In this document: positions 29,873-39,694 of the stretch, piece by piece
Numbering within the stretch: the stretch's first letter is position 1
Layout of the letters: every line of letters begins with the position of its first letter
Assembly (NCBI GenBank): GCA_047601445.1
Contig: JASGJH010000001.1
Location: 2,784,001 to 2,848,000 of the forward strand
Source of the DNA: Myxococcales bacterium
GTDB taxonomy: Bacteria > Myxococcota_A > Polyangia > Polyangiales > DASUME01
Reading direction: 5' to 3'
DNA: 64,000 bases
Position numbers and translations under genes: made by a program
Notes under the pieces: model-generated
Database searches by the model: none
Told to the model about the DNA's origin: nothing
Seen by the model: the letters and a program-made list of their open reading frames with translations, nothing else

Positions 29873-30773
29873 GTATCCCGACATCGAACTCTACCGAGAG
29901 GCCATCGAGAGCCGCTTCCTGGGGGCGACGCTCGAGCGCGTGCGGGTCGCGAGCCCCTTCCTCGTGCGCACTCACCAGCCGCCGCTAAGCGAGGTCCAGG
30001 GCAAGCACCTGGTGACCACGCGCCGGCTCGGCAAGCGCATCGTGTTCTGCTTCGAGCAAGAGCTGTTCTTGGTGCTGCACTTGATGATCGCGGGGCGCCT
30101 GCGCTTGAAGGATCACGGCCAGATGATCCCGGCCAAGGTGGGTCTGGCGGCCTTCGACTTCCCGGAGGCCACGCTCATCCTCACCGAGGCCAGCCCCAAG
30201 AAGCGCGCCTCGCTGCACGTGATTCAGGGCGAAGCCGAGCTGGCCGCGCTCGACCCGGGTGGCGTCGAACCCTTTCAAATCACGCTCGCGCAGTTCGCGG
30301 AGACGTTGCGCTCGGAGCGTCACACTTTGAAGCGCGCGCTCACGGATCCCACCTTGTTCGCGGCGATCGGCAACGCCTACTCCGACGAGATCCTACACCG
30401 CGCCAAGCTCTCACCCGTTCTGCTGACCACGCGCCTCGAAGACGCGGACGTGGAGCGTCTCTTTGCCGCGACGCGGCAGGTGCTCGAGGAGTGGACGTCT
30501 CGCTTGCGCACGCAGGCGCGCGGACGCTTTCCCGACAAGGTCACCGCGTTTCACGAGGGCATGGCAGCGCATGGCCGCTACGGCAAACCGTGTCCCGTGT
30601 GTGGCTCACCGATTCAGCGCATCGTGCGCGCGGAGAACGAGTCGAACTACTGCGCGACCTGTCAGACAGAGGGCAAATTGCTGCGCGACCGCAGTCTCTC
30701 GAAGCTGCTCCACGACGACTGGCCCAACACCTTGGAAGAGCTCGAAGAACACAAGAAGACGCGGCGTGTCTAA
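29865..30773 (+). CDS. Fpg/Nei family DNA glycosylase
   Basis: N-terminal MPEYPDI, RRLGK, HLMIAG, IGNAYSDEIL and CPVC…CATC zinc finger. Confidence 0.92.
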   Translation: MPEYPDIELYREAIESRFLGATLERVRVASPFLVRTHQPPLSEVQGKHLVTTRRLGKRIVFCFEQELFLVLHLMIAGRLRLKDHGQMIPAKVGLAAFDFPEATLILTEASPKKRASLHVIQGEAELAALDPGGVEPFQITLAQFAETLRSERHTLKRALTDPTLFAAIGNAYSDEILHRAKLSPVLLTTRLEDADVERLFAATRQVLEEWTSRLRTQARGRFPDKVTAFHEGMAAHGRYGKPCPVCGSPIQRIVRAENESNYCATCQTEGKLLRDRSLSKLLHDDWPNTLEELEEHKKTRRV

Positions 30774-30970
30774 CGCAGCGTGTCGCGTCACGCGCCGGAA
30801 ACCCAAGCAATTCACCTTACATTGCGACTCGCTGTGGGCTCACGACCGTTGGCGCGATTGTCGTTGCGGAAGCCCCTACGACTGGGCACTGTCGAGTGGT
30901 GCCGAGCCCTTCACGCGTTTCCGATGACGTTGGGTTGAGCGCCCTCTGCAAGGCGGTCGCGCCGGCCCAG

Positions 30971-31339
30971 GTGCAAGTCACCTACTCCGACAACCAGCCC
31001 CTACCCTTTCGGGTAGATTGGAGCAGCGAGCTCGGGCCCATCTCGTTCGCCGGTGCCACGCCGGACGACGCGGCCGAGCGCGCCCTCGCTGCCTTGCGCA
31101 GCCGCCTGTTGCCACCCGAGTTCGGCAACTCGAGCGCTGCCAAGACCCTGGTGCGCGGCGCCCCCAGCACGAGTGCCGCCAGCATGAGCACTCCGAGCGC
31201 GAATGCTGCCAGTGCCAGCCCGCCCGTCAGCGAGCCGCTTACCCAGGTCAGCTGGGTCGAGGCGATGCGCGAGCGTATCCAGGACATCGAAGAGCGGAAG
31301 CCCGTGCGGCGCGCCAACTTGCGCTTGGTTCGCTCCTAA
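30971..31339 (+). CDS. Small hypothetical protein (start uncertain)
   Basis: Plausible codon usage in the 3' part of ORF 30491..31339; fills the gap upstream of the DUF4388 gene. Confidence 0.45.
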   Translation: MQVTYSDNQPLPFRVDWSSELGPISFAGATPDDAAERALAALRSRLLPPEFGNSSAAKTLVRGAPSTSAASMSTPSANAASASPPVSEPLTQVSWVEAMRERIQDIEERKPVRRANLRLVRS

Positions 31340-31421
31340 GCTGGGACGCGTCGAGTGCATGCGTTGTTCCGCCGCGGAAAACCGGCGGAAACGAAGCGTG
31401 CGCATGCTTCTCCCCATGGGC

Positions 31422-32144
31422 ATGGAGACGAAGCGCATAAGTCACACGGTGCTTAAGTCCTCCGAGGGATTTCGCGCGCAAATCCCGGGGCTCGATCTGG
31501 CCACCCTGATTCAGATGGCCTCCTCTCACCGCGAGCGCATGGTCGTGCGCGTGGGCTCGGAGGGCAACGAAGGCTACCTCTACTTCGACGCCGGCCAGCT
31601 CGTCCACGCGGCCGCCGACGATGCGACGGGCGAAGCCGCGGTCACGCGCATGCTGGGCTGGAAGCGCGGGGAGTTCACGGTTTGCCACCGGCCCTGGCCG
31701 CGCCAGACCTCCATCGACGCGAGCACTGACGCGCTCCTGATCCGCGCTGCCCAGCGTCGCGACGAGGCCGACGTGAAGCAACGCGACAGCAAGCCCGCGC
31801 TGCGACCCCTATCGAGCGCGCTCACGTTGGCCCCACGACCAGACCACCACGGAGGGCTGGATGCCTTGGACGAACCCGCGATGATCGCCTCGGTGCGTCT
31901 CGACATGAACGGCGAATTGATCTCGGAGCACGGACAGAACGAGCACCTCGCGCCGCTGGTCGCCTACGTCACGCGCATCGGCGCGCTGCTGGGCGCCACG
32001 CTTGGCCTCGAGTCGTTCGACGCGCTTCATGTCGAGCTCGGTGGCAAGCGCCTCTTGGTATTCGCAGACGGCGGCGAGATGGTGGGCCTGATGATGTCGG
32101 CGGGCCCGGCCGTGAACGAACTGCGTCATCAACTCGGAGTGTGA
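31422..32144 (+). CDS. DUF4388 (PATAN-like) domain + C-terminal roadblock-like domain protein
   Basis: LDLATLIQM…EGYLYFDAGQLVHAA…GEAAVTRMLGWKRGEF; C-terminal region has roadblock-like spacing. Confidence 0.75.
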   Translation: METKRISHTVLKSSEGFRAQIPGLDLATLIQMASSHRERMVVRVGSEGNEGYLYFDAGQLVHAAADDATGEAAVTRMLGWKRGEFTVCHRPWPRQTSIDASTDALLIRAAQRRDEADVKQRDSKPALRPLSSALTLAPRPDHHGGLDALDEPAMIASVRLDMNGELISEHGQNEHLAPLVAYVTRIGALLGATLGLESFDALHVELGGKRLLVFADGGEMVGLMMSAGPAVNELRHQLGV

Positions 32145-32153
32145 GCGGCGGCC

Positions 32154-32951
32154 ATGCAGACGACCCTGGCGACCCTGCGCGACATCGAAGGAGTACTCGG
32201 CAGTTTCCTGATCGACGAGGGCGGCCAGCTGATGGCCCGCGACATGCCCGGAGTGTTCGACGACGCGACCTTGAACTCCGCGAGTCTGCGCCTCTCGCGC
32301 CTGCGCGGAGCGCTCGAAAGCGAGAGCCCGAGCTTCGGTGGCTGCGTGGCGCGCTTCGGCGAGCACTTGCTGGTGGTGCGACCCGTGGCCAAGCGCCTCC
32401 TTTGCGTGCTCGTGCCCAAGGGCGCCAACCTCACGGCCTTGCAGATGGGCACCAACCTGGTCACGCGCCGCCTCGCCCAGGAAACCGCTCAGACCTTCGA
32501 TATTCCGCCCTACCAGCCGGGACAGACGCTCCCCCCGATGCCGGCGCCGAGCGCGCCGGTGCCGACCCCGACCGCCACGCTGCCCCGTGCTTCCGTGCCA
32601 GCGAGTGCCCTGCCGCTCGCGGTCTCACCTTCCTCGGCCCCTGCAGTGGCCACCTTGTCGGGTATCGCCCCGGCCCCCGCCCTGGTCCCCATGATTCCCC
32701 CCGGCTCGCCCTCCATGCGTGCGCCCATGGCCCCCATTGGCAGCGAACCCACGCCGGCCCCCATGGCGCCCATCGGCGCCAGCGCCAAGGTCGCGCCACC
32801 GCCGGTCCCCAGCAGTGCCCTGCCGACCCCGACCAAGGTCGCCTCGGCCGAAGCCCCCGAACGCCCGCGGCCGTCGACGCCCCCCCTCGTCGACCCTCAT
32901 CCCACCCGTCCACTTCCCAAGCGCTTCTTCCGCGGCCGCCCGGTCCCCTGA
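32154..32951 (+). CDS. Roadblock/LC7 (MglB/MglC-like) domain protein with Pro-rich tail
   Basis: LATLRDIEGVLGSFLIDEGGQLMARDMP N-terminal domain; low-complexity tail ending FFRGRPVP. Confidence 0.75.
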   Translation: MQTTLATLRDIEGVLGSFLIDEGGQLMARDMPGVFDDATLNSASLRLSRLRGALESESPSFGGCVARFGEHLLVVRPVAKRLLCVLVPKGANLTALQMGTNLVTRRLAQETAQTFDIPPYQPGQTLPPMPAPSAPVPTPTATLPRASVPASALPLAVSPSSAPAVATLSGIAPAPALVPMIPPGSPSMRAPMAPIGSEPTPAPMAPIGASAKVAPPPVPSSALPTPTKVASAEAPERPRPSTPPLVDPHPTRPLPKRFFRGRPVP

Positions 32952-33116
32952 GCCAGCTCCCCCACCTCCCAACCACCGTACTCGTCCTCGTGAGACGTAG
33001 TCGTGCGCGTGCGCGTCGCCGGCCCCCCGCGTGCGCATCCCCATCCCTCGCCGCTGCTCTCCAATAGAACACGGCGACAAGTGACGAACCCGCCCAACTG
33101 ACTACCATGCAGACCC

Positions 33117-33962
33117 ATGAAGCCAGGCCGTGGCAGTCGAACCGCCGTGATGGTGTGCAGCTGGCGTGCCGTCGCGCACGCAACCAGTGAGCTCAAGCGC
33201 TTCTCGGACCCCACCGCGCTCCCGCTCCTGCCGCCTCGGGCCGCGGCCCGCACCAGGCGCCTCATCGCCGACCAGGGACCGCACACGCTGCGGGAGCGCT
33301 TCAGCCGACCGTTCCTGGAGAAGCGGGTGCAGATGATGGTGGCGCGCACCGTCGCCATCGACGACGCCATCCGAGAGCTCGACTCGCCCCAGCTGGTGAT
33401 CCTCGGCGCAGGACTCGACGGCCGCGCCTACCGCATGCCCGAGCTCGCGAGCACGGTGGTGTTCGAAGTGGATCATCCGGACTCCCAGCGCGAGAAGCGA
33501 GACCGCGTCAGCGGGTTGTCCCAGCGGGCCAAGGAGGTTCGCTTCGTGGCGGTCGACTTCGCCCACGACTCGCTCGAGCAGGCTCTGCAGGCGGCGGGTC
33601 ACGATCCCGCGCGGCCGACCACGTGGATCTGGGAAGGCGTGGTGATGTACCTGACGACGGCCCAGGTCGAATCCAGCCTGCGCGTAATCGCCGCGCGCTC
33701 GGCCCCGAAGAGTCGACTGGTGGTCCTCTATCACAGCCCAGCCTGGATCCTGCACGTGGTGGGGTTCCTCGTACGCCGTTTGGGCGAGCCGCTGCGCTCT
33801 AGCTTCGAGCCCGAAGCCATGCGGGCCCTGCTGGCGAAGTACGGTTTCGTGGTGTTCCGTGATCAGGACTTGTCGGAGATCGGTGACAGCCTGTCCAGGG
33901 AAGTCGGAGAAGCGACGCGCATGATGCGGCATACCCGGATCGTCACCGGCGACCGCCCCTGA
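33117..33962 (+). CDS. SAM-dependent methyltransferase (LCM family)
   Basis: ARTVAIDD, QLVILGAGLDGRAYR, FEVDHP and WEGVVMYL motifs. Confidence 0.9.
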   Translation: MKPGRGSRTAVMVCSWRAVAHATSELKRFSDPTALPLLPPRAAARTRRLIADQGPHTLRERFSRPFLEKRVQMMVARTVAIDDAIRELDSPQLVILGAGLDGRAYRMPELASTVVFEVDHPDSQREKRDRVSGLSQRAKEVRFVAVDFAHDSLEQALQAAGHDPARPTTWIWEGVVMYLTTAQVESSLRVIAARSAPKSRLVVLYHSPAWILHVVGFLVRRLGEPLRSSFEPEAMRALLAKYGFVVFRDQDLSEIGDSLSREVGEATRMMRHTRIVTGDRP

Positions 33963-34080
33963 CGTGCGCTGACGGCGGCCTCCCACCGCGCCGCGTGGTC
34001 TCGCCCACAGCTACGCTCGTGAAAAGCGCGTGCCCCCTGTCGAATGGCCGCGTGCGCCATTTCCAGGCGGGTAACCCGAT

Positions 34081-35973
34081 GTGGTAGAATCGGGCGCTTT
34101 GCGCACCACCCCAGCGTTCATTGTCCTCGTAGCTCTCTTCCTTCTGTCCACCTCGCGTAGCGCCGAGGCCCAAGCACAGGGTTTTGCCCTCGACCGCTTC
34201 CGGCCCGCGCCCACCACCGAGGATGGTCTGGCCCTGACCATGCCTCGCACGCTCGGTCACCTGCGACCGGGCGCAATGCTGACGCTCGACTACGCACACC
34301 AGCCGCTGGTGCTCTCGAAGCTCAACGCCAACCCGGAAGGCTCCATTGTGAAGCACGAGCTGGTGGCCCACGCGATGTTGGCTTTGGGTCTCGGCGATCG
34401 CTACGAGGTCTTCGCCTACGCGCCCATCACGCTGGTGCAGACCGGCAACGACCCGAGCATCGGCGGCATCAGCTTCCCGGACCCGAGCAAGGCGGCCTTT
34501 GGCGACATCACGCTGGGCGGCACCGTGCGTCTCTGGGGCGACGACCTGGGTCCGCTTCAGCTGGGTCTGCAGGCGGGCGTGACACTGCCGAGCGGTAGCG
34601 TGAAAGCCCTGAGCGGCGACGACGGCGTGGGCGCCGACGGGCGTCTGACGTTTGCCTATCACGTGAAGGACTGGAGCTTCGCGGCCAATGCGGGCGCTCG
34701 CTATCGCCCCACGGCCAACTACGGCACGGCGCGCGTGGGCAGCGAGTTCCTGTTCGGCGCGGGCGCCTACTGGCGAGCCACCGAGAACGTCACCACGCAG
34801 GCCGAGTGGTACGGCGCATCCACCTTCCGCGACGGGCAGTTCGGCACCAGCCCGGGCACCGCCAGCGAACTTCTCTTCGGAGCGCGTTGGAGCACGCCCA
34901 TCAAGGTCGTCGTGGGTGGCGGCGTGGGCGTAGGCCTCACGCAGATCGTGGGCCAGCCCGACGCGCGTGTGCTGTTCTCGCTGGGCTATCCGCCGCCGAG
35001 ACCGCCGCTGGCCCCGCCCGATCGCGACAAGGACGGCATCCTCGACGACGTCGACGGCTGCCCCGACATCCCGGAGGACGTCGACGAATTCCAGGACCAA
35101 GACGGCTGTCCCGATCCGGACAACGATCAAGACGGCGTGGCCGACGTGAACGACGCCTGCCCGATGGTCGCCGAGGACATCGACGGCTTCGAGGACGCTG
35201 ACGGCTGCCCCGAGACCGACAACGACAAGGACGGCATCCTCGACGCGAAGGACAAGTGCCCGAACAACGCCGAGGACATGGACGGCTTTGCCGACGAGGA
35301 TGGCTGCCCCGACCTGGACAACGATCAGGACGGCCTGCGCGACACGCAGGACAAGTGCCCCATCGAGCCGGAGGATCATGACGGCTTCGAAGACGAGGAC
35401 GGCTGCCCCGATCCGGACAACGACAAGGACGGCATCCTCGACGGCGACGACAACTGCCCCACGGTGCCCGGACCCGCCCACACCAAGGGCTGCCCGAGCG
35501 CGGTCCGCATCGACCGCACCCAGATCCGCATCCTGCAGCGCATCGAGTTCGAGACGAACCGCGCGGAGATTCGACCGGAGTCGCTCGGCATCATCGACCA
35601 GGTTCGCAGCGCGCTCGAGGTGAACCCGCAGCTGCGCAAGATCCGCATCGAGGGCCACACCGACAATCGCGGCAGCAACGAGAAGAACCTCAAGCTGTCG
35701 CAGCGCCGCGCCGAGAGCGTGATGAACTACTTGATCGCCGAGGGCATCAACCCCGAACGCCTCGAGGCCAAGGGCTGGGGCGAGGAACACCCGCTCGTGC
35801 CCAACGACAGTCCCGAAAACATGCAGACCAACCGCCGCGTGGAGTTCCACATCGTGGATCCGGCCCCACCCGCAGAAGGCGAGCAAGACTCGAGCAGCGC
35901 GCCGGCTGCGCCGAGTGGTGAGAGCAAGAGCAAGCCGGCAGGAGACTCGATGGATCTGGGAGGTGACCTGTGA
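34081..35973 (+). CDS. Outer-membrane beta-barrel + thrombospondin type-3 repeats + OmpA domain (TraB-like architecture)
   Basis: Barrel region, repeated DxDxDGIxDxxDxCP…DxDGCPD units, and IEGHTD…LSQRRAESV…NRRVEF OmpA domain. Confidence 0.9.
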   Translation: MVESGALRTTPAFIVLVALFLLSTSRSAEAQAQGFALDRFRPAPTTEDGLALTMPRTLGHLRPGAMLTLDYAHQPLVLSKLNANPEGSIVKHELVAHAMLALGLGDRYEVFAYAPITLVQTGNDPSIGGISFPDPSKAAFGDITLGGTVRLWGDDLGPLQLGLQAGVTLPSGSVKALSGDDGVGADGRLTFAYHVKDWSFAANAGARYRPTANYGTARVGSEFLFGAGAYWRATENVTTQAEWYGASTFRDGQFGTSPGTASELLFGARWSTPIKVVVGGGVGVGLTQIVGQPDARVLFSLGYPPPRPPLAPPDRDKDGILDDVDGCPDIPEDVDEFQDQDGCPDPDNDQDGVADVNDACPMVAEDIDGFEDADGCPETDNDKDGILDAKDKCPNNAEDMDGFADEDGCPDLDNDQDGLRDTQDKCPIEPEDHDGFEDEDGCPDPDNDKDGILDGDDNCPTVPGPAHTKGCPSAVRIDRTQIRILQRIEFETNRAEIRPESLGIIDQVRSALEVNPQLRKIRIEGHTDNRGSNEKNLKLSQRRAESVMNYLIAEGINPERLEAKGWGEEHPLVPNDSPENMQTNRRVEFHIVDPAPPAEGEQDSSSAPAAPSGESKSKPAGDSMDLGGDL

Positions 35974-38069
35974 AGAAGCATGCCTTGTTCGTTTGGGCTC
36001 TCCTCGCGGGTCTGTGCTGGTCGGCGCAAGTCGACGCGCAGCAGGTGTTCACCAAGCGCACCATCGGCTTCGAGACGGCCGGCTGCGGGAACACCGCGCT
36101 GACCTTTCCGGAGAGCGACATCATCTTCGCCAACTATCAGGCGATGCCGAGCGACTCCTTCGTGGCCTGCGGCATCTCGTCCATCACGAGTACCTCTGAC
36201 GGCGTCACCGTCGGCAAGCAGCGCTACGTCGACCCGACCGGCAACATCGCCGGCATGACGGGCAACGTCGTGATGGCAGGCGCGCTGGACCTGAACCTGC
36301 CGCTGACCCAGACCGAGACCACCATCACCTTCTCACCGGCTGTGAACGAGCTGTCCTTCGACGTGCTCGATCTGGACAACAAGACAGGTCTCAAGGTGAC
36401 CTTGAACGGCGCCTCGGGCCCCATCGGGTCGCCACTGACGCCCATGGCCGACGCCAACGGCATCGTGCACTTCTCCACGGTATCCACCACGCCCATCACC
36501 AACGTGGTGATCTCGTACACGCCCTCGAACATCCTCGGCGACGGCTGGTTCATCGACCAGCTCACCTACAACGCATGGCACTGCGGCGACGGCGAGAAGG
36601 AGAGCACCAACGGGGCCACCGAGCAGTGCGACGATGGCAACGCGGTGGTGTGCGATCTCTGCGGCACCGACTGCAAGACCACCATCAACGGCTGCCTCGC
36701 CGGGGTGACCTGCGTGGCCAACAACGCCTTCGTGGACAGCACCATGTGCGCCCAGTGCATTCTGCCGGCGGGAGCGCGCACCACCGAGGTGCTCCCCACC
36801 AACGCCGGCATGATCCAGGCCTGCAGCACCAACACCTTCTGCAATGTCTCCGAGACCTGCAACGGCCAGGGCGCCTGCGTGGGCACGCCGCGCGATTGCT
36901 CGGATACCATCGACTGCACCGATGACTCCTGCGTGGAAGCCCAGGACACCTGCAAGCACGACATCAAGCAGGGCTCATGCCTCATCGACGGCACCTGCTT
37001 CACCAATGGCGAGACCAACATCGACGATCCCTGCGAGCGCTGCGATCGCTCCAAGGCCAACAACGGCTGGAGCCTCAAGCCGAGCGGCACCCGCTGCGGT
37101 GATCCCAGCTGCACCAGCGGCGTGCTCACGCCCTTCCCCCAGTGCTCGGCGGCGGGCTCCTGCGATGCGCAAGCCCCCGTGTCCTGCGACGGCGCCGTGT
37201 GCGCCGACAGCATCTCGTGCAACGGCGCGTGCACGGGCGACAAGGACTGCGTGGCGAACACCCATTGCGACCAGGGCGTGTGCGTCCCGGACGTGCCCAA
37301 CGGCGAGCCTTGCGACCGCGCCACCGAGTGCACCAGCAACTTCTGCGTCGACGGCGTGTGCTGCAACAGTGTCTGCAATGGCGCCTGCTTGAGCTGCGAC
37401 CTCGACGGCCACGTCGGCACGTGCAGCCCGAACGCGGCCGGCACCGATCCGGACATGGACTGCCCGGACGCCCAGTTCTGCGGCGGCAACGGCAAGTGCG
37501 TGGGCGAGAATCGGCCCAATGGCTCGGACTGCGACGGCCCCGAGGTCTGCGAGAGCGGCTTCTGCGCTGACGGCGTGTGTTGCAACGCGGCCTGTGATCG
37601 CTCCTGCGAATCCTGCGACCTGGCCGATCACATCGGTGAGTGCACGCCGTATCTGGCGGGCACGGATCCCGAGATGGAGTGCCCGAACGCGCAGCTCTGC
37701 GCGGCGCCCGGCGTGTGCGCGCCCGAGAATCGCCCGAACGGCAGCGAGTGCAGCGAGGACGCCCTGTGCGCCAGCGGTCACTGCGCCGACGGCGTGTGCT
37801 GCGAGAGTGCCTGCGATGGCGTATGCGAAGCCTGCAACATGGCCGAGCAGGCTGGCATGTGCGTGCCCTTCGCGGCGGGCACCGACCCGGCCAACGAGTG
37901 CAGCGGCGACGCAGTGTGCAGCGGCGAGCGCGCCTGCGTGAGCTACGAGACGCGCGGCAACGGCCTATGCAGCATGAACCCGGGGCGTGCCAGCTCGGGA
38001 GCGCTCCTCGCCGGGTTGTTCGGGTTGGCGGCGCTGCTGACGGCGCGCCGGCGTTCGAAGCGGGCATAA
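35970..38069 (+). CDS. Cys-rich cell-surface protein with MYXO-CTERM sorting tag (TraA-like architecture)
   Basis: Signal peptide; about 190-aa non-repetitive N-domain; CGDG…EQCDDGN repeat; three PNG..C…FCxDGVCC…GTDP repeats; C-terminal RGNGLCSM…TM…RRR; GTGA overlap with the upstream gene. Confidence 0.85.
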   Translation: MKKHALFVWALLAGLCWSAQVDAQQVFTKRTIGFETAGCGNTALTFPESDIIFANYQAMPSDSFVACGISSITSTSDGVTVGKQRYVDPTGNIAGMTGNVVMAGALDLNLPLTQTETTITFSPAVNELSFDVLDLDNKTGLKVTLNGASGPIGSPLTPMADANGIVHFSTVSTTPITNVVISYTPSNILGDGWFIDQLTYNAWHCGDGEKESTNGATEQCDDGNAVVCDLCGTDCKTTINGCLAGVTCVANNAFVDSTMCAQCILPAGARTTEVLPTNAGMIQACSTNTFCNVSETCNGQGACVGTPRDCSDTIDCTDDSCVEAQDTCKHDIKQGSCLIDGTCFTNGETNIDDPCERCDRSKANNGWSLKPSGTRCGDPSCTSGVLTPFPQCSAAGSCDAQAPVSCDGAVCADSISCNGACTGDKDCVANTHCDQGVCVPDVPNGEPCDRATECTSNFCVDGVCCNSVCNGACLSCDLDGHVGTCSPNAAGTDPDMDCPDAQFCGGNGKCVGENRPNGSDCDGPEVCESGFCADGVCCNAACDRSCESCDLADHIGECTPYLAGTDPEMECPNAQLCAAPGVCAPENRPNGSECSEDALCASGHCADGVCCESACDGVCEACNMAEQAGMCVPFAAGTDPANECSGDAVCSGERACVSYETRGNGLCSMNPGRASSGALLAGLFGLAALLTARRRSKRA

Positions 38070-38095
38070 CGGCGCGCCAGCGGCGCCCGGCGTGC

Positions 38096-39607
38096 TCAGG
38101 GCGCGAGCTTCACGAGCGCAGGTCCGTTCTCCAGACTGACGCCCGCCAAGCTCGTGGCAACGGAAACGCTCGCCACACCGAGCCAACCGTCGCTGCCGTG
38201 CTCTGCGACCACACTCGTCAAGAAGAGCCCGCTCTGCACCCAGCGGATGCTGCCGTCGGTCTTGGCATCGGCCACGCCAAAGATGAGCTCGCTGCTCGCC
38301 ACCGGCAGGCCTTCGGCGAGCGGCCCCATCGTGGCGTGCTGGCCCTGGAAGAATACGGTGTGAGCCGCGGGATGCAGGGCCACCACGTCGAGCGTGACGT
38401 CGCCGTAGCTGCGGCTCCAGAGTGGAGTGCCGTCGCCGTCGAGCCGCGTGAGGTGAGTCTGGTAGCCATCGTCGCAAGGCAAGTAGTGCTTCTTGCCGAG
38501 TTCGATCAGGCCGTTCATGGAATTCTTCTGCGGCATGTTGCCCGTGAGCAGCAGCGCGCCGTCGCTGTCGAAGCCGAGCATGTCGGGATAGGCACGCAGG
38601 AACGCGGTCTGCCACTGGAGCTCTCCCGCGGGATTGAACTTCACCACGAAGCCACCGCCCGCGCCGGCATCCACCGCGAAGGGCCCCTTGCCGAAGTTCG
38701 GGTCCATGCCGAAAGGAAAGCCCGTGATCGCGACGTTACCCTGCGCGTCCACCGACATGGCGCCCTCGTAGACCGACATCGGCGTGGAGCTCACGCAGCG
38801 CGCCTGTTGGGGACTGCCGTTGCCGTCGAACTTGCCGAAGACGAGCCCGCAATCGTAGCTCACGGCGCCGATCTGCACCTTGGTGCCCCACAGCAAGAGC
38901 AGCGGATTGCCCTGCGGATCCACCTCGAGCTGCCAACCGCGCACTTCCTCCCCCATCCCCGTGGCCACCTGTTTGCTCCACAGCACACTGCCAGCGGCGT
39001 CGATAGCCGCCAGCACGACCTGGGACTTGGTGTCGTCGAGGGTAAGCGCGGGCTGCGTGCCCACCTGAAGACTGCCGTTCACGCCCAGCAGGACGAACAC
39101 ACCGCCCGCCGCACGCGCACGGACGGACACCTGCGCACCGTAGGCCTGGCTCGAGGCTTCGCTGCGCCCGAGGGAGACGACCCAGGACGTCTGACCTCCG
39201 GCGTCCAGCTTGGCCACCCCTCCGCGCACCACGAGCGGATTGCCCGGTGCGGGCAAGCTCTTCCCGAGCAGCTCGCTCATCGGTCCCCCCATCACTGCGG
39301 CGTAGCTGCCGTCGACCGTGCTCGCCACGACCGAGGCGTAGGCCGTCTGCGGCAGGCCGCGCGCCCAGGTCACCTTGTCGAGCCCCGACTGCGGGGCGGC
39401 CGCACCGCCCTGGGCGTGGGTCATGCACACGGGCGGCGTCGTGTCCTCTCCCGATCCCCCACCATCTGCGCCGCCATCCGCACCGTTAGGCCCTGAATCC
39501 TCCCCAATTTCCCCTTGGTCCACAGGCCCGTCGTCGGAGCAGCCGACCGCGAAGAGGAGGGACGACGCGATCCACGCGTGGCGCACGATGCTTGGATTCT
39601 TGCTCAT
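38096..39607 (-). CDS. Lipoprotein with beta-propeller (SBBP-like) repeats
   Basis: Lipobox AVGC, acidic Gly linker, and repeats such as AKLDAGGQTSW and VKFNPAGELQW. Confidence 0.75.
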   Translation of the reverse strand: MSKNPSIVRHAWIASSLLFAVGCSDDGPVDQGEIGEDSGPNGADGGADGGGSGEDTTPPVCMTHAQGGAAAPQSGLDKVTWARGLPQTAYASVVASTVDGSYAAVMGGPMSELLGKSLPAPGNPLVVRGGVAKLDAGGQTSWVVSLGRSEASSQAYGAQVSVRARAAGGVFVLLGVNGSLQVGTQPALTLDDTKSQVVLAAIDAAGSVLWSKQVATGMGEEVRGWQLEVDPQGNPLLLLWGTKVQIGAVSYDCGLVFGKFDGNGSPQQARCVSSTPMSVYEGAMSVDAQGNVAITGFPFGMDPNFGKGPFAVDAGAGGGFVVKFNPAGELQWQTAFLRAYPDMLGFDSDGALLLTGNMPQKNSMNGLIELGKKHYLPCDDGYQTHLTRLDGDGTPLWSRSYGDVTLDVVALHPAAHTVFFQGQHATMGPLAEGLPVASSELIFGVADAKTDGSIRWVQSGLFLTSVVAEHGSDGWLGVASVSVATSLAGVSLENGPALVKLAP

Positions 39608-39694
39608 GGAGTGGTGCGGAATTGGACCTTACCGGTGGCATCGAAAGCAAGCTGCTCCTGGGAATTGCGCAGTTTCCGGGCTAACACCTGTCTG

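Noticed and set aside
30768..30855. Integron attC site after the Fpg/Nei gene (GTCTAAC…GTTGGCG)
   Set aside because: The internal stem is not in register with the R boxes, and there is no integrase or cassette array.
34990..35490. DNA-level repeats as a mobile or regulatory element
   Set aside because: They are coding TSP3 calcium-binding repeats.
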